Source: Camelus ferus
Lineage: Eukaryota
Direction: 5' to 3'
Length of the DNA: 64,000 nt
NCBI RefSeq assembly: GCF_009834535.1
Contig: NC_045696.1
Location: forward strand, 2,668,001 to 2,732,000
The translations under genes were made by a program, and so were the position numbers. Below are positions 1 to 10,576 of the stretch, piece by piece. Within the stretch, counting starts at the first letter, position 1. Every line of letters begins with the position of its first letter. The notes under the pieces were generated by a model that had not been told where the DNA came from, ran no database searches, and saw only the letters and a list, made by a program, of their open reading frames with translations.

Positions 1-831
1 CTCAGAGCAATCATTTAACTTGGTTTTTCCAGCAAACAAGCAGAAGCGTCAGCAGCCCCTTGGTAGGTACCCCCGAGTGAGCCCGGGTGAGGCCTCAGCA
101 GAGACCTGCACACAAAACCCCAAACATCTCTGTTACCCGCCATTGGGAGGAAACTGGCCCCGGCCTCTCCAGGAACCGCCCCCTTCCTCACCTCTGACAG
201 CTGCTGGGGCCAGCGTGGGGCTTCCAGGTTCCTGCAGACATGTGGATGGAATGTGGGCGTCCCACCTCCCACCTCGGTCCCCCAGGTCTGAATGGTCTCC
301 TTTGATGGGGCCCCGTGCACCCCCCATGCTTAGCAGTCTGCAGACCTTCCCTTAAATGCAGTGAGGCTCCACCTGAAGAGGCTTTGGAAGCTGCATTTTT
401 GAGTCAGGCCTTTTTTTTCCAATTGATTTCTGGCTCCAGGGGAGGCGAGGATTGGGGTGGGGGGGTGAAGGAAAGTGCTTGCGGGCATCAGGAGGCTGAC
501 AGTTCCCGGGAAGAAGGCGCCGCCTGGCCTGCTCCTCACACTCTGTCCCTGTGACCTTGAGATGCCCTTGAGCAGGGGCCCCACCCTCCCAGTGTCCAGC
601 AACAGAAGGTAACCAGGTGCTTCAGCAACACACACAATGTCAGGTCTCCCTAAAACACCTCGATGTGAGAGTGTCTGCTGGTCACGCGGGGAGGTTTCCC
701 TCAAGGTGGAGAAGCAGGCAAGAAATGTTTTTGTATGAGTGTGTCTTCAAGTTCAAGTTCAAGTACAAATCTGACACAGAGGGAAGCCAACAGGAGGCAG
801 GAAGCAGAGTCTAGAGCCTGCTTGGGGCTGT

Positions 832-945
832 CGCAGGCGTGTGTGTGCAGGCGTGTGTGTACGGGCGTGTGTGTGCAGGCGTGTGTGTGCAGGCATGTGT
901 GTCGCAGGCGTGTGTGTGCAGGCATGTGTGCGCACGTACATGCAT
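832..945. repeat. Degenerate tandem repeat (GCAGGCGTGTGTGT)n
   Basis: About 7 imperfect 12-16 nt units. Confidence 0.85.
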
Positions 946-2713
946 ATCTTCTAATTGGTTCTGTTTTCGTGACAGCAGCCAGCCTCCCCTGCCCCTGTAA
1001 ACTCAATCCTAGGCCCAGAATCTTGGAGGAAACCACACACCAGCAGAGCCCCCAGCCCGGCCACACCAGCCGCCAAGGAGCTGGCCCTGATGGGGGCCAC
1101 GGGGGAGCTGCCGCCTTCCCCAGGCCACCCCTCGCTTGGCCCCAGCCTGAGCGGGAATTCCCTTTCTGCACCCCCACTCCCGTCCTGCTGGCCGCAGTGG
1201 GGTGTTGGGTGGCAGGTGCCTGCCCTGCAGAGAGAAGGCTGCCGGCCCCAGGGAGGAGGTGGGGCCTTGACCGGCAGCTCCCAGGCCCTGTTGCTGCCGC
1301 CCCCTTTCAAAGTGCGGTCTGACACGTGTGCCTAAGCCTCTGGGTCTCAGCCTGCTGGCGGGCGGCTAGCCCAGCATCTGGCTGGTGGAACCTCTGACCC
1401 CTGACCTGGCCACCTGTGTCAGGCTCTGGGGCAGCTGCCAGGGCCGGCCCCTCCTGGGACACGGCGGGGCCGGAGGCTGCCCTGGGAGCCTTCCCAGCAG
1501 AGGCCACGGGAGCGGGGAGGCCAGCGGCGGGGGAGGGCCGACACACCACGTCATTCTACGCGGGAGGAAATTCCACCAGAGCCGCGGGGACCCCCAGCGC
1601 AGGGCTGGCCTGCCAGGCAGTGGTTTCCTCTTTTTCAAATGCTTTTACAAACAAGCAAATGAAACAAAAACTGCTTATTATAAAGAAATACCACTGGCTC
1701 CCCGTGGGAGATTTTATGTCTGCTTCAGTGTCCTCTGCTGGATGTCGGCGCCCCCGGTCAGGACGGGGTCTCCCAGGGCTCTGCATGGCCGGGCAGGCCC
1801 ACTCGAGCGAGGCCCTCTGAGGATGTGTGTTGGGCCGTTCCCGCGGTCTGGACCCGTGAAGGTGACCTTTGAGACAGGCTCGGCTCCTCCTTCCGGCGAG
1901 GTCTTGGCGGCCAAAGTGAGGCCTCTGCTGCCACCTGGTGGTGACTCTTGGAATCGCAGTGACTAGTCCACCATCCTCGCGAACTGGTGAGGACGGGAAT
2001 CCAATGTTCAGAGAGCTTGATAAATCTGCCTGTGGTCACACAGCAAGTGGGCTGCAGAACAGGGCCAGCCTGGCTTGCTCACTGCCTCCTGACAGGTTGA
2101 GGGTGGTGCTGTATGATAATGGCCACAAGGCAGTGGCTGCCAGTCCTGCTTCTGAGGTCGGACAGACAGGGTGGGGCCCGGCCAGGCCCTCGCCCATGGG
2201 GAGTATCAGGTAGGTGACTCCGCCTGGAAGCCTGGATTTCCTCCCTGTCAGTGGAACCCATTACAGGCTGCTGGGCTGCGCGGGAGCTGCCAGCTGCCAG
2301 TGTGGTTGGCACAGCGCTTGGCACACAGTAGGTGCTCAGTTAATGCTTTTCCTGCAGCTGCTGCTGCTAATGATCTTGCTGCTCAGGGCAAAAATGAGAT
2401 CCCAGGAGGGGACATGCCCATTCCTGATCCAGAACCACGTAACCACATTCCAGTCTCATGTTTGGTGGGATGAGGTCCCCCCACCCCCCGGAGATCTCGA
2501 ATAAGACTTGAGACAGAAGAGGTGGTTTCAGACGAGGCCAGGCAAGACGGGGTCTCCCAGCGCACGTGCCATCAGGGAAAGTCCTCTCAGCTCCCTGCCT
2601 GGGCTGAGCCCCAGCACTCCCTGCAAACCACCAAGGAGCTCAATCCAGGACTCCCTGGGCCTCCCACTTGGCTGCACACCCCTCGCCAGAGGGCCAAAGG
2701 CTGCGTCTTCAGG

Positions 2714-3075
2714 CCTGTGTTAGCCCGCTCCAGCTGCGTAACACCTACCACAGGTGGGAGCCTTAAACAATAGAAGTTCATTTCCTCACAGTCTGAGAGC
2801 AAGTTGTTGCAGGCTTGGTTCCCCTGAGGCCTCCCTCCTGGGCCTGCAGATGGCCGCCTCCTCCCCATGTCCTCACGCAGTCATCCCCCTGGGTGTGTCT
2901 GTACTGGTCTCATTTTCTTATAAACACGCCCTCCTACGGGATCAGGGCCCACCCTGATGACCTCGTTTACCTTAACCACCTCTTTTACCTTAACCATCTC
3001 CAAAGCAGTTTCATTCCGAGGTGCCAGGGGTGAGGACCTCAGCAGGTGGGTTTGGGGATCACAGCTCAGCCCTTT
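2714..3075. mobile_element. MaLR LTR remnant (MLT1-like)
   Basis: cttaaacaatagaagttcatttcctcacagtctg, ggcctgcagatggccgcc, gggcccaccctgatgacctc. Confidence 0.65.
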
Positions 3076-3492
3076 ACCAGGCCGAGGCAAGAACTGCAGT
3101 GAATGCAAGACCAGCGGTGTCTAACAACGGCCCAGCTCTGGCTGCAGCCAGGCCGGCAGGCCCCCAGCCCACCAAGCCGTGCGACGACGGGCCAGGCTGT
3201 GCAAAACCAAAGCCATCTTCTGACAACAGCTGGGGAGGCCGGGGGGGCAGAGGGCCTCAGAGACTCCAAACTTCAAAAGCACCCACTGCAGCCCCCAAGT
3301 GCCATGGCCACTTTTGCTGCCCACACGGGGCACCCTCTTCTCCACTGGATGTTGGTTAAGACAGGACAGCCGCAGGGGCTTCCTGTTGGAAGGAGCTGGG
3401 CGGAGGGAGGGTGGGGGGAGGAGTCTGGAGAAGTTCCCACAGGGTGAGGACCCTTCTGTCGATAGGGACCAGAGTGCCCGAGAGCTACAAGG

Positions 3493-3544
3493 GCATGTGT
3501 GTGTGTGTCTGTATGTGTGTGTGTGTGTGTGCGCGCGCGCGCGT
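3493..3544. repeat. Compound (TG)n(GC)6 microsatellite
   Basis: tgtgtg...gcgcgcgcgcgcgt, read directly. Confidence 0.9.
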
Positions 3545-4140
3545 AGGTTTGCACGAATGCCCTGCTTTCCACTTAAAACCCACACGGCAGCAACTGTCCT
3601 GCTGCGTGCTGGGCAGGGATCACCGTCTGAGATTCTCCCCCGGGTCCTCCCCTGCTGGTGGCCAGCTTCTCCAGGGAGGAGGCGTGAGGGCACCACCCCA
3701 TCAGGGTCCCCAAGGCCCCTGGCCTCCACTCCCCAGGAAAGCGCCTCTACACGGCCTGACACACCAGCCGTGCCCGTCCAGCTGTGGCGTCTGCTTGCTT
3801 TCTGCTCCCGGAGGCCACATCTGGCCACTCACCTGGCCCTCCCCGTGGTCACCGGTCACCATGCAGCCGGCAGGGTCCCTGGCTGAGCCCCCGCCGCCTC
3901 CCTGTTGGAGGCTGCTGGCCTTCACGCTAGTCTCCCCCCATCTCGGGGGTCTGGGCAGACAGTGAGAAGGCCACCCCCTCTGGGTGGGCCACTCAGCCCT
4001 GGTCACCAGAAGCCCCTGAGGGCCCCTCAACCCGCCCCTCACACCCCAGCAACGCTTTGCACGGCGCCTTCCCCCCTGCTCTCCAAACTCCCCACACAGA
4101 CAGCACGGCCACCACACAGCAAGTTGCTTGTCACCTGCTC

Positions 4141-4146
4141 TTTATT
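4141..4146 (-). terminator. CRYAA: CRYAA polyadenylation signal AATAAA
   Basis: tttatt on the + strand, about 550 nt past the stop codon. Confidence 0.85.
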
Positions 4147-4696
4147 GACTGCCACGAGCTGCATTCTCATGGGTGACCAGACGCCCCAGGAGCAGCACTA
4201 CATACAGGGAGGTTGAAGGGAAGGTGGTCTGAGAGATGGAGGCTGCAGGGAGCCCAGGCGCACGGGGGCCCACGCCATACGGACCTCACAGCACCCGGCC
4301 CGGCCGCGATGAGGGCGCCCGCCACCGAGGGCCAAGACGCGCCCGGCTGGCCCGGGAGACCAGAGGTCATCCAGAGACTGCTCAGCCAGGGTGCTCCCCG
4401 ACCTCCCGGCTGGCGTAGACAGGCCTGCCTCGGGAGGGCGGCGTGTCATCTACGAAGCGGGGATGGAGGTCACTTCCACCAGCCGGCCGGGGTTGGGGTC
4501 CGGGTCACTCTGAGGTCTCAGCACCGCAGGCCAAGGCCCCAAGCCCCCCCGACTACTCTCTCAAACCTGCATTCCCTGGGAGAAGAGGAGAAGGAGACGA
4601 AAAAGAGGAAAGCAGGGGAGACCAACGCCCCTGCCTAGGCCCAGGTGGACGGGCCGCGGGGGCCGCAGTGGGTGGCAGCCGAGGCTGAGGCCGCGC

Positions 4697-4906
4697 TCAG
4701 GACGAGGGTGCAGAGCTGGGCTTCTCCTCCCGCGACACCGGGATGGCCCGCTCGCTGTGGCCGGCGTCCACACCGGACGGGATCTTGGGGCCAGAGAAGG
4801 TCAGCATGCCGTCCGCCGACAGGGAGCAGGAGAGCGCGGACTGGTCCACGTTGGAAGGCAGGCGGTAGCGGCGGTGGAACTCGCGGGAGATATAGCCATG
4901 GTCATC
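4697..4906 (-). CDS. CRYAA: alphaA-crystallin coding exon 3 (aa 105-173, stop TGA)
   Basis: Acceptor CCCAG|, [69 protein letters not shown]. Total CDS 522 nt = 173 aa. Confidence 0.99.
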
Positions 4907-5775
4907 CTGGGTGGGGCGGGAAGGGGGTCACAGAGGCCACCGCCAGGGGCGGAGGAGGCCCTCCAGGATGGCCCGAGGGTCAAACCCACAACACTGTCAT
5001 AGGCAGGGGTGCGGCTGGCCTGGATCCGGGGCCTTGGGACCTCGGGACCTCCCTGCCTCCTGCAGGAGGTCTGGGCACCCACAAGGTTGGCGCTTCAGAC
5101 TAATTTCACTCCAAGATCCCATGAACGGTCCCGTCCCTGGCCCTGCCCTGGGGTCCAGCTTTCCTTTTGCCTGTGGCCCCACTGACCAGCGAGGATCAAG
5201 TCCCTGCTGTCCATCCAACCAGGTCAGAAAGCCATGCCTGGGCCCAACGGCATTCCCTCCTCCTGACAGGTCTGGACCCAGCTCGGTCCCCAGGCCCCAC
5301 TCCCACCTCTCCAGGGGGAAAGACTGAGGCCCCAGGAAAGTGTCTGGGCGTCTAGAGGGGCCCAGTAGCAGACAGGGGTGGGGTCTCTCCCACACCACCA
5401 GCTTCTCTCACCACTGGACCAAGCCCTGGTCCCTGAGCGCTGTCCTGGCTGTGCCCCGCCCCCTGGAGAGAGCAGGGCCCCAGTTCTTGGGCTCTGACAG
5501 GCCCAGCAGCACGGTCCTCTCACGTGAGGCTGGGGTGAAGCCCTGCAGGGCGCGTCCCCTGGGCGCCAGCGTCTGCTGGGGTCTTTCTTACTCTCTCCAG
5601 TCACTCGGGGGATTTGGACAGAGCCAGGGATGCTGAGCCGTACTTGGGTGGGGGTCCCTGCAGTCCCCCACTGGCTGACGGCCCGCTGCCCAGGCTGCGG
5701 AGGGCTGGGGCCGGCTTGCAGGTCACCAGGAGGCGGACTTGCCCAGGGAGGGGGCGCAGCCGAGCTCCAGCTCAC

Positions 5776-5898
5776 CTGCCTCTCGTTGTGCTTGCCGTGG
5801 ATCTCCACGAAGTCCTCCAGCACCTTCACCGTCAGGTCCTCGGGAGAGAAGTGCTTCACGTCCAGGAAGATGACAAACTTGTCCCGGTCGGATCGGAC
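5776..5898 (-). CDS. CRYAA: alphaA-crystallin coding exon 2 (aa 64-104)
   Basis: Acceptor TTTCAG|, [41 protein letters not shown], donor CAG|GTGAG. 123 nt; alpha-crystallin (sHSP) domain. Confidence 0.99.
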
Positions 5899-6778
5899 CT
5901 GAAACCAGGCACTCGTATGGGTCTCCGCCGCACCGCAGCTCAGGGAGGGAGACTGCCGTGGCCCCTGCAGGGCTGGCTGGAGTGGCCGGAGTGCAGCAGC
6001 CGGGGCTCGGTCCCCAGTTCGGGACAGAGACTGCAGGTCAGGTCTCTGAGCGCTCCCTCCACGTGCCCGGGGGACGGAGGGCCTGGGACTCAGGACGGGG
6101 TGGACACTAGGCTGACACCCAGCACCTGCCTGGTGAGGGGCCGGCTGGCTGACTGGTTGCGGGTTGAGGGGCTGGTTGGTCGTGTTAGGTGGCTGGTTAT
6201 GAGCTGAGTGGCAGGTTATGATTACAGAGCTGGTTATGAGTTGGTCGGCTGGTCATGGGTTGGTTGGCTAGCTGGTGGGACTGCGCACTTGGAAGAAGGT
6301 CGCGGCCCTGGCTTCCACTCGCCTGTCCCTAAACAGCCTGGGCCCATCTTTGCAATAGGACGTGGTGAGCCTGCGTGCCCGCATGGGCTGCCCAGCTCCT
6401 CAGACACAAAGTGCCTCATCCCCTCTCCTCTCACCCTCACACGGGACAGGCGCTTCGGCTCCATTGGCCCCTGGAGTGACCACCGCTGTACCAGCTCTGG
6501 GCAGGCCCCTGTTTTTGCAGTCGTGGGACCTGGCACCTCCAGAATGCTGGACCCTGGGGGAGTCAGGGGCTCAGGGGTAGGGAAGGCCATGGGCCTCCTT
6601 GCGTCCCCTCGGGGCCTGGTCTCCGGCGCCGGGCAGACCTGGCGGGAGCCCGCCCTGCAGCTCTGCGGCTCTGCGGCTCTGCGGCGGGACCTCAGGCGGC
6701 ACAGCCCACCCCCAGGCTTCCTGCTGGGGGGGAAAGCACGGCCCCTGAGCACAAAGCTCTGTCCACCATCAAGCTGGC

Positions 6779-6848
6779 TTTGGCGGGGCTGTTCTGGGGG
6801 CTCCCAGCATGCGATGGGGGCCTTAACCAACCACATAAAGGTCATGAG
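6779..6848 (-). pseudogene. CRYAA: alphaA-ins pseudo-exon (vestige of the optional 69-nt rodent insert exon)
   Basis: Acceptor TCTTTCCTCCCATCAG|CTCATGACCTTTATGTGG. Reads LMTFMWLV..., then HAGSPQNSPAK in the +1 frame, matching the rodent insert LMTHMWFVMHQPHAGNPKNNPVK. 70 nt long; degenerate donor AAA|GCCAG. Confidence 0.88.
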
Positions 6849-7135
6849 CTGATGGGAGGAAAGACTGTGGTCGGGCTCAGGCGGGTCCTCTGCCGGCCCC
6901 CCTCTCAGAGGCAGGGGAGGATCTGCTGGGGGACAGCCCGCCCGGCCTCTGTGCGTCCGGGCGGGAGGAGGTCAGGGGAGGTAGGGAAGTGGCCCTGAGG
7001 ATGTCACCATCCAGGAAACAAGGCGGGAGCAGGTGGAGCCCACGGCTGCCCCGGGCTGGGCCTCAGAGATCCCTGCTTCCCCTCCGCACGGCCCAGGCCT
7101 GCGGGGGCAGCGCCGCAGAAGGCAGCAGCCCTTAC

Positions 7136-7324
7136 CTCAGAGATGCCGGAGTCCAGCACGGTGCGGAAGAGGGACTGGCGGTAGTAGGGGCTGATGGTGG
7201 ACGACAGGAAGGGCAGCAGGTCATACTCAAACAGGCCCTCCCCGAAGAACTGGTCGAACAGCCGGCTGGGGTAGAAGGGGCCCAGGGCACGCTTGAACCA
7301 GGGGTGCTGGATGGCGATGTCCAT
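7136..7324 (-). CDS. CRYAA: alphaA-crystallin coding exon 1 (aa 1-63)
   Basis: Translates [63 protein letters not shown]. 189 nt; start context GCCGACATGG; donor GAG|GTAAG at 7135. Confidence 0.99.
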
Positions 7325-7404
7325 GTCGGCCGTCGGCACTGCAGGGGCTGGGGCTGCTGGGGCGTCCGGCAGGGGCCTCTGGGCAGTGTGGTGGGGAACA
7401 GGGA

Positions 7405-7510
7405 GGCAGGCCCTCCTTATGTACGCCTGGGACAGAAAGGAAGGATTAGGGGATCTGTCTGGAAAGCGTGAGCTCACGAGGGAGGCTGCCCAGTCAGCAG
7501 GAACGGGGGC
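7405..7510 (-). promoter_or_regulatory. CRYAA: CRYAA lens promoter: TATA-like TACATAA, TAATCC homeodomain site, Pax6-like CTCACGCTT, Maf half-site CTGCTGAC
   Basis: The minus strand reads CTGCTGACTGGGCAGCC...GAGCTCACGCTTTCC...CCTAATCC...GGCGTACATAAGG, about 95-175 nt upstream of the ATG. This resembles the DE1/Maf-TATA layout of the rodent Cryaa promoter as I recall it. Confidence 0.75.
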
Positions 7511-9259
7511 TGGGCTGCACGCCCGCCGCTCCCAGCCCCAGGCCTGCTGCTCTCACCAGCCGGGAGCTGGACACCCAGTGTCCCCAGGGAGCTCCTTTCG
7601 GCATGGCTCTGCAACCCCCACCCACCTGGGGGTCAGTGGGGACTCCTCTCCCCCATCCTGGGGGAAGGTGTGTGCCTCAGGGATCATACCAGCCGTCTGC
7701 GCACGTGGTCCCCTGTGATCCCATGGCCTCCCCACCAGCGAGGCCTCGGGCCCCCGTTTCATAGACAGGAAACTGAGGCACAGGGGTTGGACGAGTGGTC
7801 CCCAAATCCCAGAGCTACAATGTGAGAGTACATTGTGTTTTCAAACAGAATTACCTCTGTCACTTCTTCCTGATCCCCAAAATCATGCGTTCTGGGAAGA
7901 ATCTCCAGAAGGACAGAAAATGCAGAGAAGAAATGAAAAGGTGCCCGTGCTTCTGGCACCAGGGAGCCCTGTTGCGGGATCTGTGCGTGTCCAGCTGGGG
8001 AGGTGGGTGTGGATTTACAAACACGCAGACCCCATATCCTGGGCTTTCTTCTGGACACTGTCCCTGCGAACCTGGGGTCGGACAGAGGCACGGCCAGTAA
8101 AGAAGGCGCCCAACCCTGCTGGCCTGGTGACCGGTCTGCTCCTGTCTCCGTGGTCAGGTCGCTCCCAGGTTTAAGGCTTTCGTATTTTTTCAGGAGCCTG
8201 GCCTCTGAGGAGACGTATACTGACTTACCACCACTCAGCACCCAGCCCCGCCCACGGCGCAGGGGGCCCCGCTCCCGCAGCCCTCCTGAGACGCTCCTCA
8301 GTCACTCTGCACCCCACCACCGGGCCCTAGCGCAGCTTCTGTCCAGCGTCCATCTCATGTCTGTGGACGAAGTGCATCCTCAGAGCACTCAGGGCCTTTG
8401 CAATTTACCTTCCACCCCTGGACTTAACAGGGCAGGAAAGAGCGCTTACCCGCTATGCAAGCGGGACTGTGCCTGGCACATCCAAGGTGGACTTGGCGTC
8501 AAAAGCGGGAATTTCAGAGCATCCCTCACACAGCCCCTCCCCAACTGGCGATGCCCAGAATCAAACCCTTCCTCCCTGCCTCTCCAAGCACCTGCGACGT
8601 GCATGACACCAGCCAGTGATAAAGGGCCCAGAAAAATCTGCAAACACCAACCTTTGCCCTGCAAGTCTACAGTCTTGGGGGGCAATGCCCCAGGGGGTCA
8701 GGCAACAAGGGGCAATTAGGGTACAGGTCATCAACACTGTAGGGGGTGGAGGGCACCCCTCTGGCCCCAGGCCACACTGATGGTGACCTCGTGGTTCCTT
8801 GCAGCCACTCTATGTGGCATGCAGGTCCCATCTCCCCACTTCATAGACCCGGAGAGTGGGGCTTACAAGGTTTAACCCTGTGCCAGGTCACTCAGTGTGG
8901 AGGAAGGGGAGGGGGCTTCAGAGCAGGCTCCCCACCCAGGCTGAGAGTCAACATGAGAGGTGTGGCAGGGGTGTGGGCAGGGCGGTGGGCGGCCCTACAC
9001 AGTGCAGGCTGCCTGCTCCGGGCATGGGGAGGTGGGGGAAGGGGCACAAGCATCCGACTGTCTGTACCCTCCATGGGGGGGTCCAGCAGGGCCAGGCGCG
9101 TGGTCAGGGCTGGGCGGAGCCACATGGAGGCCTGAGACAGAAGGAAAAGCAGGCGTTGCAGATCCCGTCTCTATTTAAAATTTGATATTTTGCTCGTCAC
9201 TGGTTTTTTGCATGCATTTTGATTTGTTTAAACATCAAGTTAAGATATGATTTATCCTT

Positions 9260-9375
9260 GGGGGGCGGGTATAGCTCAGTGCTAGAGTGCATGCTTAGCA
9301 TGCACAAGGTCCTGGGTTCAATCCCCAGGACCTCCGTTACAATAAGTAGATAAATAAATAAAATTTTTTAAAAAG
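9260..9375 (+). mobile_element. tRNA-derived SINE (camelid Vic-1 type) with 12-bp target-site duplication
   Basis: A-box TAGCTCAGTGCTAGA, B-box GGTTCAATCCC and an A-rich tail. ATGATTTATCCT flanks it at 9247-9258 and 9376-9387. Confidence 0.85.
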
Positions 9376-10490
9376 ATGATTTATCCTCATGATTGCATTT
9401 GGCCCCACTGGTATTTGGCACCTTGTCACCCTGCACCTGGCCCTCCGTGTGGTCATTCAGACAGGCTGGGGCTGCAGGCAGGGGCTGGGCACAACCTCGG
9501 CCTATGGGCTACCCAGCTCGGGGTGGCCGGGGGTCTGCCACGGTCCGTCAGACACAGGAGTGTCCAGACACTCATCTGCAGCCCCTGCCCATGTGTGGAG
9601 GCCTCGGCGGGCTGTGGTGGCACCTGCCACAGCGGGGCCGGAGGGCACCTCGGGGTGAGCCAGCACTGAGCCTGCAGCCCCAACGGCGCAGAGCCTGCGC
9701 CCAGCGAGCGGGGTGGCCGCAGAGCCCTCAGGTGCCTTTCAGACCCAAGAGCGTGGTGTGGTATCGGTTTCCTGTGGCGGCTGTAGCAGAAGACCACAAA
9801 CTCGGTGGCTTAAAACCACACAAATGTGTTACCTCGCGGTTTGGAGGTCAGAGTCCAAAGTGGGTCTCACTGGGCTCAGATCAAAGTGTCAGCAGGGCTG
9901 GTCCCTCCTGGAGGCTCTGGGGGAAAATACGTGACTTGCTTGTTCCAGTTTCCCGAGGCCGCACATCTCTTTACCCCAGTGCGTGTGTGCTCTCCAGGTA
10001 AGCAGTTTTCTTCCTCATCTTTCTGTACGCATTTACTAAGTGGAAACCACCCCAGAACTTCCCGTTACATGGCCGGCCCGACGCCAGCAGACTCCCGTCT
10101 GTGAGCGTGTTCTGAGCTGGTTGCCAAGGCCGGGGACAGCTCTCCCTCCAGCCTCTGTGATGCGACGTCTTTCTGTGCTTAGACACGGGGTTTCAGATCA
10201 GTGACGGCAGCCCGCGTGGAGACAGAGCCGGCGTCACTTCAGCTCTGCCATTCTGCGTGACTTCTTGGCGCTTTTACAGCACGTTTAAAATGTGAACCTG
10301 TGAGACGGAGCCCAGACAACGAGGTGAGATGCTTCAGTGCAGACGGCTGTTCTCGGTGGAATATTTCACTGATTTTGAATAATACCTTTAAGATGGAAAT
10401 ATAGTCTTTTTATTGTTCATTGTTTTAAAGAACCAATCAAGAAAATCATGATTATTCATGATCATTCCCTGATTACACAGAAAAATCCTC

Positions 10491-10576
10491 TTTTCTTTAA
10501 TGGAATTACTGAGGGTTGAGCCCAGGACCTCGAGCAGGCTAGGCAGGCGCTCTGCCCCTGGGCTCTACCCTCCCCC
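10491..10576 (-). mobile_element. tRNA-derived SINE, same family, diverged
   Basis: Reverse complement aligns with the copy at 9260. Confidence 0.75.

Noticed and set aside
8221..8232. Consensus donor TG|GTAAGT on the minus strand upstream of CRYAA
   Set aside because: No matching promoter or acceptor evidence; isolated donor-like motifs are common by chance.
9268..9335. tRNA-like sequence with A and B boxes
   Set aside because: It has an A-rich tail, a target-site duplication and multiple diverged copies, so it is a SINE and not a tRNA gene.
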